From assembly GCA_051874735.1 (NCBI GenBank), contig JBJEGD010000026.1, positions 64,001 through 128,000 on the forward strand: a stretch of DNA of 64,000 nt. Direction: 5' to 3'. The position numbers and the translations under genes were made by a program. The notes under the pieces were generated by a model. It did not search any database and was not told the origin of the DNA. It saw only the letters and a list, made by a program, of their open reading frames with translations. Each line of letters begins with the position of its first letter. Position 1 is the first letter of the stretch. Positions 54,338 through 64,000 of the stretch are shown in pieces. The stretch is from Candidatus Bruticola sp. (lineage in GTDB: Bacteria; Vulcanimicrobiota; Xenobia; Xenobiales; Xenobiaceae).

Positions 54338-57300
54338 ATGAGGAATGCACTCGGACATGTCTTGTCAGCAGCAGTGCTTGTAGGTAGTTTTGGGGCTTCA
54401 GTTCCTGCCTTTGCAGATAGTCCATCCGGAAATGCTGCGGTCAATACTGCTGAGCCTTTACCGGCTGCAGTAAATATGGGATTCAGCTTGGAAGCCGATT
54501 CTGCGGCTGCTCCCTACGTACATGGTTCTCAGACATCCTCTTTAACTAGTCAGACTGACAGTTGCGAGTACGTTCAGCCGCATATAATTCAGTTGGTAGC
54601 GACTGATAAAGGAGACACTGAGCTGGTTGATTCTGCGGCGATTGCTAGCGGTGCGGCAAACAGTAGCTGTTCGACTAGTGAACTTAGCACTTCAGAGAAA
54701 GATGCTACAGTTTCAACGTCTTCGGCTGTTTCTGCAGATGAGAGCAAAACTATAAAAACAAAAACTAAGAGCTCAACTTCCGAACTAAAAAAAAGTAAAG
54801 CTAGGCTAAATAAGAGCAGAGCTGCGCGGCGTAAGAATAAAGTTAATTCTACCGCCTTGGGAAAGCATTCTAGCCCTGAAAAGGTTGAATCTGCTGTTGC
54901 TAATTCTGATAATGGTGCGGTGGCAATAGATAGCAGCGAACCCATAAAAAGTAAGACTGAGTTTTCCGCTGAACTGTCAGATAAAACGGATCATGTTCAG
55001 ACTTCCTCCAGCAGTGAACCTGCTGTCGAGGCTAAAGCCGCTTCTTCTGTTGAGCAAGAGTCTGTGCCAGTATCTACGTACTCCGCCAGCAAAAACAACG
55101 GTGATAACGTTTCTTCCGCTCTTGAAGAGAATAGCGCTGCTGCAGAACAAAAAGTTGCTCCTGCCGCCGATGAAACAAAAAGCCAGGTGGCAGATGAGGG
55201 TACGAAAAAGGCTGCAGCTTCGATCTCTCCTATTTTTAGCGGTACGGTTGAGGCTATAACTGATTCATCTTTGCGTATTTTCGGTATAGGTGCCAATGGT
55301 GAACCGCTTAGCCTCGATTTTATTGTCGATGCTAATAGTCAGATGGCTGAGGGGATAAAAATAGGCGACAGTTTATCTGTTTATTATGAAGTTTCTGAAA
55401 GCGGTGGTTTCAGAGTAACTTCGGCTAGGTATCTATCAGGTGAAGCTCCCAAGAATGTTTTCCCCGGAGATATCCCTTCTGAACTGCTCGACAATAATGA
55501 TGTAACTGCAAAAGACGAGACTGATACTACCAACGAAGCGGATATACCTAAGGTCGTCAGTATTGAGGTTGAGGGCAATAAAACCGTTTCTTCAGAGGAA
55601 ATACTGCAGATTATTTCCACCCGTATCGGTGACCCTTTGTTAGAACCGCGTATCCGCCGCGATATGCAGGCTATCTACGACAGTGGATATTACACTGATG
55701 TACGTTTAGATACACGCTACACTTCAGATGGCGTCCGTGTGATCTTCCGGGTTTTGGAAAATCCTGTAGTTGATGAAATAGCTATCGAGGGTAATAGCGT
55801 AGTCCCTAGCGAAAAGCTTCGCTCTCTTATGCAACTTGAAACGGGTAAAGTGCTCAATACTCGTACTTTGCAAAATGATCTACAATCAATCAACAAATAT
55901 TACAACGAAGATTTAGGCTATACTATTAGTCCTTCCCACGTTACCAAACTCGATTTTAATAGCGGTAAACTTACGTTTACCTTAGTTGATGGCATTGTAG
56001 TTAAAGAAGTTAAGGTTGAGGGGGTTACCGTTTTCCCTCAAGACCAGATCGCTTCTATGATCACGCTCAAGCCGGGCGATCTGTTTAATCGTAATACTCT
56101 GCGCGATGATACAGAAAAAATTTCTGCTCTCTACGATGAAAAACAGTACATATTAGATACTATTAAACCTTCGGTTGATGTCGAAACTGGTGTAGTTACG
56201 GTCAGTGTTGTTGAAGCCGTACTTCAGGAAATTAAGCTGGCTTGGACTGGCACTAGTGCTACTAAGCACCGTACCAAAGACGACACTGTGCTGCGCAATA
56301 TCCGTACTAAGCCTGGCGAGGTGATGCGTCGCGATCGCATACAAAAAGATTTGGAACGTCTTAATAACTTAGGTCTTTTCAAAAAAGTAGAGCCTGAGGT
56401 CGAGCCGGGATCTGCGCCAGGTCAAGCCGTTTTAGTTTTAAATATTGAAGAACAGAAAACTGGTTTAGCTACGGTCGGTGTCGGTTATGCTGGAGGCGGA
56501 TCGGGAGCTGTTCGCCCTGGTATAACTGGAGCGATTTCTTATTCTGAGCGCAACTTATTCGGAGAAGGTAAGCAGTTTTCCATAAACTTGCAGCGAGGTG
56601 CTCAGATCGGTGCGTATAGTATTTCTTATTACGATCCAGCCATTAACTCTGCTCAAGATTCTATTGGCGTATCTGCTTACTATAACAGCGTAGACGACTT
56701 GGAACAGCAGGTGACCGGAGCTGATTATGGCACTTACGCTTATTACGATCAGGAAGTGTACGGCGCCACTGTTACTTACGGCCATCCTTTCTCCGATGAC
56801 CTTCGCGGTTTTGTCACTTTGCGTCATGAAACTATAAATTTAACTATGTCTGGTAAATCTCTGTATGTACCAGTTGGCTTGGGTAAAGGTGATTTGAACG
56901 CTATTGGTTTGTCTACTTTATATGACACTCGCGATGACGTCTTCAGCCCTCACAAAGGTAGTTATGCTAATGTGGCCCTTACTTTTGCTGGTTTTGGGGG
57001 AGACTATAGTTACAATAAATTTGTTGTAGAAGGACGCCACTATGTGCCCTTAACTAAGCGATCTACTTTGGCTTTGCGCGGTATGTACGGAACTGTGGGC
57101 AATGGGGCTCCCGCGTCTGAATATTTTTATGCTGGCGGTACTGACACTTTGCGTGGCTATCAAGATAACTCAATGTTCGGAAACAAAGTTGTCCTTCTGA
57201 ATGCTGAATACCGTTTCCCCATTGGAAATATTAAGATGCTCAGCGGCGCTGTGTTTGTTGACGCCGGCAATGCCTGGATCTCCGGCTACAAGTCGAGTGA

Positions 57301-57430
57301 ACTGTATACCGATGCTGGTGTTGGTCTGCGCATAGTATTTCCTAACCTCGGTTTGGGTGTTATTCGTATCGATTATGCTTTCGGCAAAGATGGATCCCGC
57401 TCCAGTATAGGTATAGGTCAGTCATTCTAG
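54338..57430 (+). CDS. bamA: Omp85/BamA outer-membrane assembly factor with four POTRA domains and long N-terminal extension
   Basis: Signal peptide, POTRA starts (SIEVEGN, EIAIEGN, EVKVEG, EIKL), ERNLFGEG, LRGY, IRIDYA, C-terminal GQSF. Confidence 0.92.
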   Translation: MRNALGHVLSAAVLVGSFGASVPAFADSPSGNAAVNTAEPLPAAVNMGFSLEADSAAAPYVHGSQTSSLTSQTDSCEYVQPHIIQLVATDKGDTELVDSAAIASGAANSSCSTSELSTSEKDATVSTSSAVSADESKTIKTKTKSSTSELKKSKARLNKSRAARRKNKVNSTALGKHSSPEKVESAVANSDNGAVAIDSSEPIKSKTEFSAELSDKTDHVQTSSSSEPAVEAKAASSVEQESVPVSTYSASKNNGDNVSSALEENSAAAEQKVAPAADETKSQVADEGTKKAAASISPIFSGTVEAITDSSLRIFGIGANGEPLSLDFIVDANSQMAEGIKIGDSLSVYYEVSESGGFRVTSARYLSGEAPKNVFPGDIPSELLDNNDVTAKDETDTTNEADIPKVVSIEVEGNKTVSSEEILQIISTRIGDPLLEPRIRRDMQAIYDSGYYTDVRLDTRYTSDGVRVIFRVLENPVVDEIAIEGNSVVPSEKLRSLMQLETGKVLNTRTLQNDLQSINKYYNEDLGYTISPSHVTKLDFNSGKLTFTLVDGIVVKEVKVEGVTVFPQDQIASMITLKPGDLFNRNTLRDDTEKISALYDEKQYILDTIKPSVDVETGVVTVSVVEAVLQEIKLAWTGTSATKHRTKDDTVLRNIRTKPGEVMRRDRIQKDLERLNNLGLFKKVEPEVEPGSAPGQAVLVLNIEEQKTGLATVGVGYAGGGSGAVRPGITGAISYSERNLFGEGKQFSINLQRGAQIGAYSISYYDPAINSAQDSIGVSAYYNSVDDLEQQVTGADYGTYAYYDQEVYGATVTYGHPFSDDLRGFVTLRHETINLTMSGKSLYVPVGLGKGDLNAIGLSTLYDTRDDVFSPHKGSYANVALTFAGFGGDYSYNKFVVEGRHYVPLTKRSTLALRGMYGTVGNGAPASEYFYAGGTDTLRGYQDNSMFGNKVVLLNAEYRFPIGNIKMLSGAVFVDAGNAWISGYKSSELYTDAGVGLRIVFPNLGLGVIRIDYAFGKDGSRSSIGIGQSF

Positions 57431-57626
57431 TTGCTAGGGAGCTACGCTTATAGAGCATTCGAAAAAGTTGAGCGGGTGGGCATCTCTAATAGTTGTAGCT
57501 CTCTTTTGGGGGGAATTTACGAAAACGTGAAATGCCGCGTTCTGCCGACATTTTTTTTGGGTAAAAATGAGCGGCGCAGTTGCTATTTATAGTTTGTTGG
57601 AACCCTTAAAGGAGGTTCAAGTTTAA

Positions 57627-58622
57627 ATGTCTGAAGTCAATTTGAGTAAATCTGCTGACAACACTGCAGATGAAGCTGTTAGTGAGTCAGCTACTCCTTC
57701 TGGCGGAAACAAGAAAATTGTTGGCGTAGTTGTTGCTGTAGCTGTTTTAATAATTATCGGTATTGGAACTTGGATGTTCCTCAGTCCTAGCGGTATGATG
57801 TCTTCTCCTGCTAAAAAAGTAGGCTGTATAGACGCTTCAGCTATTTATGCTCTCGATGAGTTTAAAAACGCTGAAAAGCAGATCGCTGATTTTGCTGAAG
57901 CTAAAAACAAAGAATTTGAAAAAGCTGTCAGTGAAAAAAATGGAAAAGAAGGTTCTGAGACTGAGCTCCAGCTGCTTTATAACAAGCTTCAAGGTGAAGT
58001 TGAGGTTAACCGTAACAAAATTATTCTTCCTTTGAATAATCGTGTCTCTGCAGCTATCGCTTCCGTATCTGCTGGAAAAGGGCTTAATGTAGTCCTGGAT
58101 AAGCGCGTAGTCGTATGTGGAGTTCCCGATATCACTGAAGATGTAAAAAAACTTTTTCAACAAAAAGGCGAGCTGAAAGTTCCTTCTGAGGAAGATACTA
58201 GCGATTCTCCGGTGGCTTATTTCGATCAGGGAATAGTTCGCAAATTGAAAGTGTTCGGTGAAGTTGATATCCGCTTGAGTCAAGCCCGCGCTGACATGAT
58301 GCGTGAGTATGAGAAAAAAGCTCCCAGTCTTTCAGCTTCAGAGCGTGAGGCCCTGCAGCGTGAGATGTCCGCTCGTTTTGAGGCTATTAGTCAGCAACAG
58401 TATGCTCCTCTCTATCAGAAGGTCAATAATTCTGTAAATAAAGTTGCCAAAGATTTAGGCATTTCGCTGGTACTGAACAAACAGACTGTGATGTACGGCG
58501 GGCGCAATATTACTGATGAAGTTATTGATACTTTTAATGCTAGTCTGAACACAGATTCATCTTCTGCTGAAGCTGCAGACAGCAAAGCTGCAGACTCTAA
58601 GAATACTGAAGCTGCTAAGTAA
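57627..58622 (+). CDS. Skp/OmpH-like protein with two OmpH domains and N-terminal TM anchor
   Basis: KVGCID...GLNVVLDK...DITEDV and VAYFD...GISLVLNK...YGGRNITDEV. Confidence 0.8.
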   Translation: MSEVNLSKSADNTADEAVSESATPSGGNKKIVGVVVAVAVLIIIGIGTWMFLSPSGMMSSPAKKVGCIDASAIYALDEFKNAEKQIADFAEAKNKEFEKAVSEKNGKEGSETELQLLYNKLQGEVEVNRNKIILPLNNRVSAAIASVSAGKGLNVVLDKRVVVCGVPDITEDVKKLFQQKGELKVPSEEDTSDSPVAYFDQGIVRKLKVFGEVDIRLSQARADMMREYEKKAPSLSASEREALQREMSARFEAISQQQYAPLYQKVNNSVNKVAKDLGISLVLNKQTVMYGGRNITDEVIDTFNASLNTDSSSAEAADSKAADSKNTEAAK

Positions 58623-58635
58623 TTGAGGTGTTTTT

Positions 58636-60075
58636 ATGCAGTTTTTTTCTGTCCCTAAATTCAAAAGTACAGGCGTATGGCTGGGGGTCGGCAGCATTCT
58701 AGTCGGCGCCGCTGTGGCTGTTCAAGTAGGCTTAGCTGAGGTTGCCTGTGCTGAAGGGACTGAGCCGAAAAAATCTGCTGCTCTTGATAAGGCTGATGAT
58801 AAGTTCACTGAGTTAGCTGTAGTTGACTTCGATAAGCTGTTGAAAGATCGTCCCGATTATGAGCGCATCAATCAACTCGATGAACAGATTCGTTTACTGC
58901 AACAGGAACTAGATTTTTTGCCTTTAGCTGACCACAGGCGTAAAGTAGATTCTGGACGTAAACGTATGGAACGCGAGGTTGAAAAGGCTCGCAATGAACT
59001 TCAAGCTGAGTCTGAGCGTATTGGACGGGAATTGAAAAATTTTCGCAATGCACTTTCTTCTCAGCTTGAACGGGAAAGTAAAGCTCTCAATGAACATTAC
59101 CAAAATGTTTTACGTCAGCGTATTGCCGCTCTGACTCCCAAAGCTCAGCCGCAGGTTCCTGAAGATGTTCGCAAGCGTATGGATAGTTTCCTTAGCGATT
59201 TGGCTGGAGTGCGTCAGCAGCGACTCTCTGCTAAGCGTTTAGAACTTGAGCGCCTTATGCAGAATAATTTGGAAAGTGCCAGAGCTTCCATGGATGAGCG
59301 CTTAGCAGCCTACGACAATTCTCTTATGGAAGAGAATCAAGCGCAGCGCGTTAATCTTCAGCTTCAGTTGCAAACGGCAGCTAATGCTGAAGAAGAGTCG
59401 TCCATTCAAGATAAGCTGAGTGCTTTGAGTGATGAAGAAACGGCTAAAAAAGCGGCCAAACGCGATGAACTTAGTGCTGAGTATCAAGCGCTTGAAGCTT
59501 CAGAGAGAGCTAATGTTAACTCAAAAATGAAAGCTTTTGAAGATTCTTTAGATAAGGAAACTTCTGCTAAAGCGGCTGCTGAACGGGAACGTCTCTTAAA
59601 GACGGTGTCAGTTCCTTCTCCCCAGGCTAACAAAGCTGATATTGAGGCCCAGATCGAAAAGATTAAGGCGACTATCAACGCTGAAATGGAAGCGAAGAAG
59701 GCTTCCATGACGGCGGCCATGCAGCAAAAGGCTGAGGAAGCCCAGCGCAATATGGAAAAAAAGCAGGCTGAACTAGAAAAGCGTCTCATGGCCACTCAGA
59801 AGCAGCTTGAAGCGATGGTTAAAAATTCCCAAAATGATGTCAGCGATGAAACTCGCAAAAAGATGGATGACATTAAGGCCAAGATAGAAGATCTGCAGAA
59901 ACAGCGCACTGAATTGCACGATTCCATGGCGGCTGATCTGCGCAAGGTTATCAGTAAGATAGCTGCAGAGCAGGAAGGGCAGCCTTCTGTAATAGGAACT
60001 TATGTAATGAATATTGACTGTTTGGATCTTACCGACAAGACTATGATCGCTTTGGAGAAAGAGGACCAGCATTAG
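58636..60075 (+). CDS. Skp/OmpH-like protein with very long coiled-coil insertion
   Basis: LAVVDFDKLLKDRPDY at N-terminus, ISKIAAEQ...DLTDK at C-terminus, long charged helical region between. Confidence 0.6.
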   Translation: MQFFSVPKFKSTGVWLGVGSILVGAAVAVQVGLAEVACAEGTEPKKSAALDKADDKFTELAVVDFDKLLKDRPDYERINQLDEQIRLLQQELDFLPLADHRRKVDSGRKRMEREVEKARNELQAESERIGRELKNFRNALSSQLERESKALNEHYQNVLRQRIAALTPKAQPQVPEDVRKRMDSFLSDLAGVRQQRLSAKRLELERLMQNNLESARASMDERLAAYDNSLMEENQAQRVNLQLQLQTAANAEEESSIQDKLSALSDEETAKKAAKRDELSAEYQALEASERANVNSKMKAFEDSLDKETSAKAAAERERLLKTVSVPSPQANKADIEAQIEKIKATINAEMEAKKASMTAAMQQKAEEAQRNMEKKQAELEKRLMATQKQLEAMVKNSQNDVSDETRKKMDDIKAKIEDLQKQRTELHDSMAADLRKVISKIAAEQEGQPSVIGTYVMNIDCLDLTDKTMIALEKEDQH

Positions 60076-60084
60076 GAGGTCGCA

Positions 60085-60645
60085 GTGAAGAGAATTTTTT
60101 GGTGCGGAGCAGTTTGTGCGTTACTCACTGTCGGTGTTTTGTTGGCGTCAGGATGCAATACCCAGAATCAAAAAGCTATTATTCGCACTGGAACTATAAA
60201 TAGCACTGTGGTGCTTCAGCAGGATGACAAGTATCAAGAATTATCGCGTCAGTACTTCGCTGAGCGCGTTAAAGCCAGTCAAGAAGTGCAGCGAATCGTC
60301 AAAGAAAATTCTGATGCCAACGGTGTTGTGAGTGATAAGTCTATTTATGATAAGCTTATGAAAATTCAGAACGATGTAGAATCGAAGTGGCAGAAACGCA
60401 CCGCCGACTATATAGATGCTAAAATGAAGAGTATGGAAGAAGCTGCTCAGAAGGTTGCAGTGGACAGCAAGCTCGATATCATTTTAATCGATTCCGATGA
60501 TGTACCTACTGTAGAGTATGGCGGCCACGACGTTACAGCTAATGTTCTAGCTGCTATGCCCGGGTTCGCTGGCAAGTCTGAAGCTGAAAGTACTAGTGCT
60601 GAGACTGCAGCTGATTCTAAGCAGCCTGTGAATAACAGCAAATAG
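60085..60645 (+). CDS. Skp/OmpH-like lipoprotein
   Basis: Lipobox LASGC; TGTIN, KVAVDSKLDIIL, YGGHDVTANVL; AGGAGG RBS. Confidence 0.7.
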   Translation: MKRIFWCGAVCALLTVGVLLASGCNTQNQKAIIRTGTINSTVVLQQDDKYQELSRQYFAERVKASQEVQRIVKENSDANGVVSDKSIYDKLMKIQNDVESKWQKRTADYIDAKMKSMEEAAQKVAVDSKLDIILIDSDDVPTVEYGGHDVTANVLAAMPGFAGKSEAESTSAETAADSKQPVNNSK

Positions 60646-60647
60646 AA

Positions 60648-61139
60648 ATGCGGAGGATAAACAGGTTGAAGCATTCAAAGTTTATTAACTGTTTGATTTT
60701 AACGGCTGTAGGCGCCGCTCTGCTGCTGTCAGGGGGAGGATGCGCTAAGCGTTCACTTAAAGTAGGGGTGGTTAATACTGAGAGAATTATCAGGGAAAAT
60801 CCCAAGTACATGGAATTGAATGTGGTTTTGTCTGATGAGCGGAACAAGTTGTTCTCGCAAATTCCCAGTAATGTCAACAGCATGTCTGGAGCACAAAAGA
60901 AAGCTTTGCAGGAAAAATTAGCTAAAGAGGCTGCTGAGCGTTCCAGTAAATTTGACAAGCTTTACAATGAAAGCATGAAAAGCCTGCGTGAAGATATAAA
61001 AAAACAGGCTTCAGAAGTTGCTAAAGATAAAAATATCGACTTAGTGGTAGTTAATACCATAAATTATCCAGTAGTGCTTTATACCAGCGGCGATAATGTC
61101 ACTTTAGATATTCTTCTCAAAATGGACGGAGCAAAATAA
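60648..61139 (+). CDS. Skp/OmpH-like probable lipoprotein
   Basis: LLSGGGC; KVGVVNTERI, VAKDKNIDLVV, NVTLDIL. Confidence 0.7.
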   Translation: MRRINRLKHSKFINCLILTAVGAALLLSGGGCAKRSLKVGVVNTERIIRENPKYMELNVVLSDERNKLFSQIPSNVNSMSGAQKKALQEKLAKEAAERSSKFDKLYNESMKSLREDIKKQASEVAKDKNIDLVVVNTINYPVVLYTSGDNVTLDILLKMDGAK

Positions 61140-61853
61140 ATGGAACAGGGACTCATACATACTAGCGCTTGTATTGATGTCTTCGCCTCTCTTGGAGAGG
61201 GATGCCGAGTCGGAGCTATGGCTGTTATTGAAAGTGGAGCCCAAATTGGCTGCGGAGCTGAAATCGGTCCTAAAGTTTATATCGGACGCAACGTTTCTAT
61301 CGGTGAAAGAGCTGTTATAAAGTGCGGTGCTGTTATTATGGATGGCGTTGTTGTTGGCAGAGAAGCGGTAGTCGAGTCGGGGGCTGTTTTGGGAATGGAT
61401 GGCTTTGGATATGTTTTTGACGGACAAAGCCATCGTAAAATTCAGCAAATAGGCAATGTTGTCATTGGGCAGGGAGCGAAAATTGGCGCTTGTTCCTGTA
61501 TAGACAGGGCCGCTTCTGCTTCAACGGTCGTTGGCGATCATACTGAAATAGGTCATATGGTGATGGTCGGTCATAACAGCAAGATTGGCAGCGGGTGTCG
61601 CATTGGTGATCAGAGCGGTTTAACTGGTTCCTCTCTGGTCGGTAACGATTGTATCATCGGCTCTCAGTGTGGTATAGGTGTGCGTGTTGAACTTGGCGAT
61701 GGCTGTGTGTTGCTAGATCGAGCCACGGCTATGCGCAAATATGAGCCTGGGCAGGTTCTGGCCGGACATCCAGGACGACCGGTGGCGGAGGTTCGCCGTG
61801 CAGAAGCGGCTTTTAATTTGCTGCCTAAACTTTTAAAAGATTATATTGAGTAG
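61140..61853 (+). CDS. lpxD: LpxD-like hexapeptide acyltransferase lacking the N-terminal domain
   Basis: GMDGFGY, KIQQIGNVVIG, SCIDRA, VGHN, GHPGRP; follows bamA-skp as lpxD usually does. Confidence 0.7.
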   Translation: MEQGLIHTSACIDVFASLGEGCRVGAMAVIESGAQIGCGAEIGPKVYIGRNVSIGERAVIKCGAVIMDGVVVGREAVVESGAVLGMDGFGYVFDGQSHRKIQQIGNVVIGQGAKIGACSCIDRAASASTVVGDHTEIGHMVMVGHNSKIGSGCRIGDQSGLTGSSLVGNDCIIGSQCGIGVRVELGDGCVLLDRATAMRKYEPGQVLAGHPGRPVAEVRRAEAAFNLLPKLLKDYIE

Positions 61854-61857
61854 TTCG

Positions 61858-61898
61858 TACCGGTCTTGGGGGCGGTTTTCTAGTCGGGAAGACCGGTA
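61858..61898 (+). terminator. Hairpin after the lpxD-like gene
   Basis: TACCGGTCTT...AAGACCGGTA; weak U tract. Confidence 0.4.
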
Positions 61899-62064
61899 GA
61901 TCTTGTTGTTAGGGCAGATTCGGAGCAACTCATTTCCATTTTATCAATATTTATGTCAAGGCGCCTCAATTAGTCTGCAGTTTTGAAATTTGCAGCAGCA
62001 CAGTTTAGGGCGCTATTTTTCTGTGTAACGCAGAGAGCGATGAATCTGTCGGAGTTGGGTTTTT

Positions 62065-63909
62065 ATGAGAAAATATAATTTATGGGCCTTAATTTTGGCT
62101 TTTGTAGTCTTTTATTCCGCTGCTCTGTCATCTGCCTGGGCTGCTGATGTAATGCTGGGAGGCCAGGTTATCTTTCGTATAAATGATGAGGATCAAGCAA
62201 AAAAAATATCCCAAAAAATTGAAGCTATGTTGCAGAGGGGGGCTTCTTCGTCTTCAATTAAAGTCGTACGTAAAGATATTGCTGTAGCCTCGGAGGGGCA
62301 AGATAAGCAAGATAAAGATGAAGGTAGCAAGGGAGGGGCTAAAGCGAAAAAATCTGTTTATAAAATATTTTGGGGAAGTGAATTAGTCATTGAAGTGAAT
62401 GACGAAATTGCCAAGCAGAATGCTTCTTCTCCAGAAGCTTTAGCTAATTTATGGGCCTCCAATATGCGCAATGTCGTCGATATTGGCCTGTTGAATGTTG
62501 ATGTTGCTAGAGTCGTTTTACCTATAGAGGCTGATAAGGTTATTTACGCTTCTGGTTTGGCAACCGGTCCTTTGAGTGCTGAAGAGACTTCAGGTATCGT
62601 TGATATTGATATCGATCAGGAAAACGGCCTTATTAAGATAAAAGGGCGCAGGGTTGGAAAGTCGTCTATCGTTATTAGCAAAGGGGTTGCCTCCGTTTCC
62701 GTTTTTGTGCAGGTGAAAGATTGGGCCGGCAAACTTCCTCAGACGGTTAATGTTGAAGTAACTGGCAATCCTGCACAGATTGATGACGTTTCCCAGGCGG
62801 TTATGCTTTCCATAGCGGCTAATACTTTCGTTCAGCCAGGCTGCAGTGTTTATGTTGATGATTCCAACTTTAAACCGATTCCGGTGAGTAAAGGCGACAG
62901 TATGCGCTTAAGCGTGCCTGTGGGTATAAATGCTTCGGAAGATTATTTTGCGCTTCGCGGCAATGTTAATGTTGTAGTTAGCAATATAGAAGCTCCTGTA
63001 GTTGAGCAGAATCTGCTTCTAGTCAGCAATCGGCCGGAGCGTGTCAGCACAGATGGAGTATTAATGAAGTATAACTTCAAGAGACGTGAGCCCAGTCGTC
63101 TTATGTTCTCCCATCTTAATGCTTCCGAAAAGAATCGTTATTTGTGGATAAATTTAGCTAATTTAAATGACGAACCGATAAAGATTGTTATCAGTCGCAC
63201 TTCTGCTGGACCTGAGCGCAGCGAAATTTATGTCGGCCAAACGGCTGCCAAGCGCTTTTTAGAAAATTTGGCCAGTCGTTCCGGCTATATCATTACTCTT
63301 CCGCCCAATTCTGCTTTAGAGCTCTGTTCTTATGTGATGCGTCCTGAAGCTTTGGTAAGTGGATTTATAAATTTCCAAATTTTGGAAGGTACTAGCGCGA
63401 CCGTTGAAGTGCGCAGTTCATTAAATCCTAATGCTAACGATGGACGTCCTCTGCCAGAAATAGGGGCCCCTTTTAATCCTTTCAAAATACATCCTCACGG
63501 AGTTTTTGCTCAGCCTTATTTTGAAAATGAAGGTGAATTTGTTATAGGTGGCAGTCCTTTAACTTTTCGTTATGGTGAGAGTCCTTGGCTGATTGATTTT
63601 GAAACTGGGCTGCCCAACACTGGCAATTTCGGGGTTTTGTATAAATCTTTGGTAGAATTAAAAAATCCTACTAAGCGTACAAAAACTGTGGGACTTTACT
63701 TTACGCCTTTGTCCGGCCCTGGCGGTGCTAACTTCCTGATAGGCAATTCTGTTTATCAGGCAGTTTTCCGCAAAAAAGGTGATGAAGTACTTGTAGCTAA
63801 AATCGAACTCTCGCCAGAGTCTAGCAGTATAATTGAAATTGTCACTTTACCTGAGGCGACTTCCTGTTATCCTGCCCAGTATGAATTGCGTGAACTGGAC
63901 GGGCGCTGA
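62065..63909 (+). CDS. Exported hypothetical beta-rich protein
   Basis: Signal peptide ending AWA; LLVSNRPE, MFSHLN, GNFGVLY motifs recall an uncharacterised Terrabacteria surface-protein domain. Confidence 0.65.
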   Translation: MRKYNLWALILAFVVFYSAALSSAWAADVMLGGQVIFRINDEDQAKKISQKIEAMLQRGASSSSIKVVRKDIAVASEGQDKQDKDEGSKGGAKAKKSVYKIFWGSELVIEVNDEIAKQNASSPEALANLWASNMRNVVDIGLLNVDVARVVLPIEADKVIYASGLATGPLSAEETSGIVDIDIDQENGLIKIKGRRVGKSSIVISKGVASVSVFVQVKDWAGKLPQTVNVEVTGNPAQIDDVSQAVMLSIAANTFVQPGCSVYVDDSNFKPIPVSKGDSMRLSVPVGINASEDYFALRGNVNVVVSNIEAPVVEQNLLLVSNRPERVSTDGVLMKYNFKRREPSRLMFSHLNASEKNRYLWINLANLNDEPIKIVISRTSAGPERSEIYVGQTAAKRFLENLASRSGYIITLPPNSALELCSYVMRPEALVSGFINFQILEGTSATVEVRSSLNPNANDGRPLPEIGAPFNPFKIHPHGVFAQPYFENEGEFVIGGSPLTFRYGESPWLIDFETGLPNTGNFGVLYKSLVELKNPTKRTKTVGLYFTPLSGPGGANFLIGNSVYQAVFRKKGDEVLVAKIELSPESSSIIEIVTLPEATSCYPAQYELRELDGR

Positions 63910-63941
63910 CATTTTATGAAGATTATATAAAAATAATATCT

Positions 63942-63982
63942 AAAGCCCGTTCTGCCGTTGAGGCGGCTCACGGGTTTTTTTT
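63942..63982 (+). terminator. Intrinsic terminator
   Basis: GCCCGT...ACGGGT stem with inner GCCG/CGGC, followed by T8. Confidence 0.75.
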
Positions 63983-64000
63983 GATATAAATTATGGCGTC

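Overview
Gene-dense, moderately AT-rich bacterial chromosome segment. I saw no rRNA, tRNA, CRISPR array, transposase or prophage. It mixes diderm envelope genes (BamA, four Skp/OmpH-like paralogues, LpxD-like acyltransferase, BamB-like propeller) with Terrabacteria-style gene order (YaaO-like decarboxylase-tmk-holB, flgF-flgG-flgJ, YlqG/YlqH-like pair, Ycf45-like ATPase). This suggests a diderm Terrabacteria lineage such as Vulcanimicrobiota/Eremiobacterota or Armatimonadota (inference only). Housekeeping genes: thrS, proS, tmk, holB, fabI. Most notable: (1) three tandem near-identical 90-aa Gln-rich helical proteins (50705-52052), each with its own RBS, terminator and a shared TTTAC-type promoter, a candidate secreted filament/needle subunit; (2) a small flagellar-type module (FliK-like, FlhB-C-like, flgF, flgG, flgJ, sigma28) with no P/L-ring genes beside it; (3) a candidate ~130-nt sRNA with a near-consensus sigma70 promoter, anti-Shine-Dalgarno motif and terminator next to that module; (4) a switch-like structured leader upstream of an EEP nuclease; (5) several apparent pseudo-enzymes and unusual fusions. 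All family calls come from motif recognition by eye, not from database searches.
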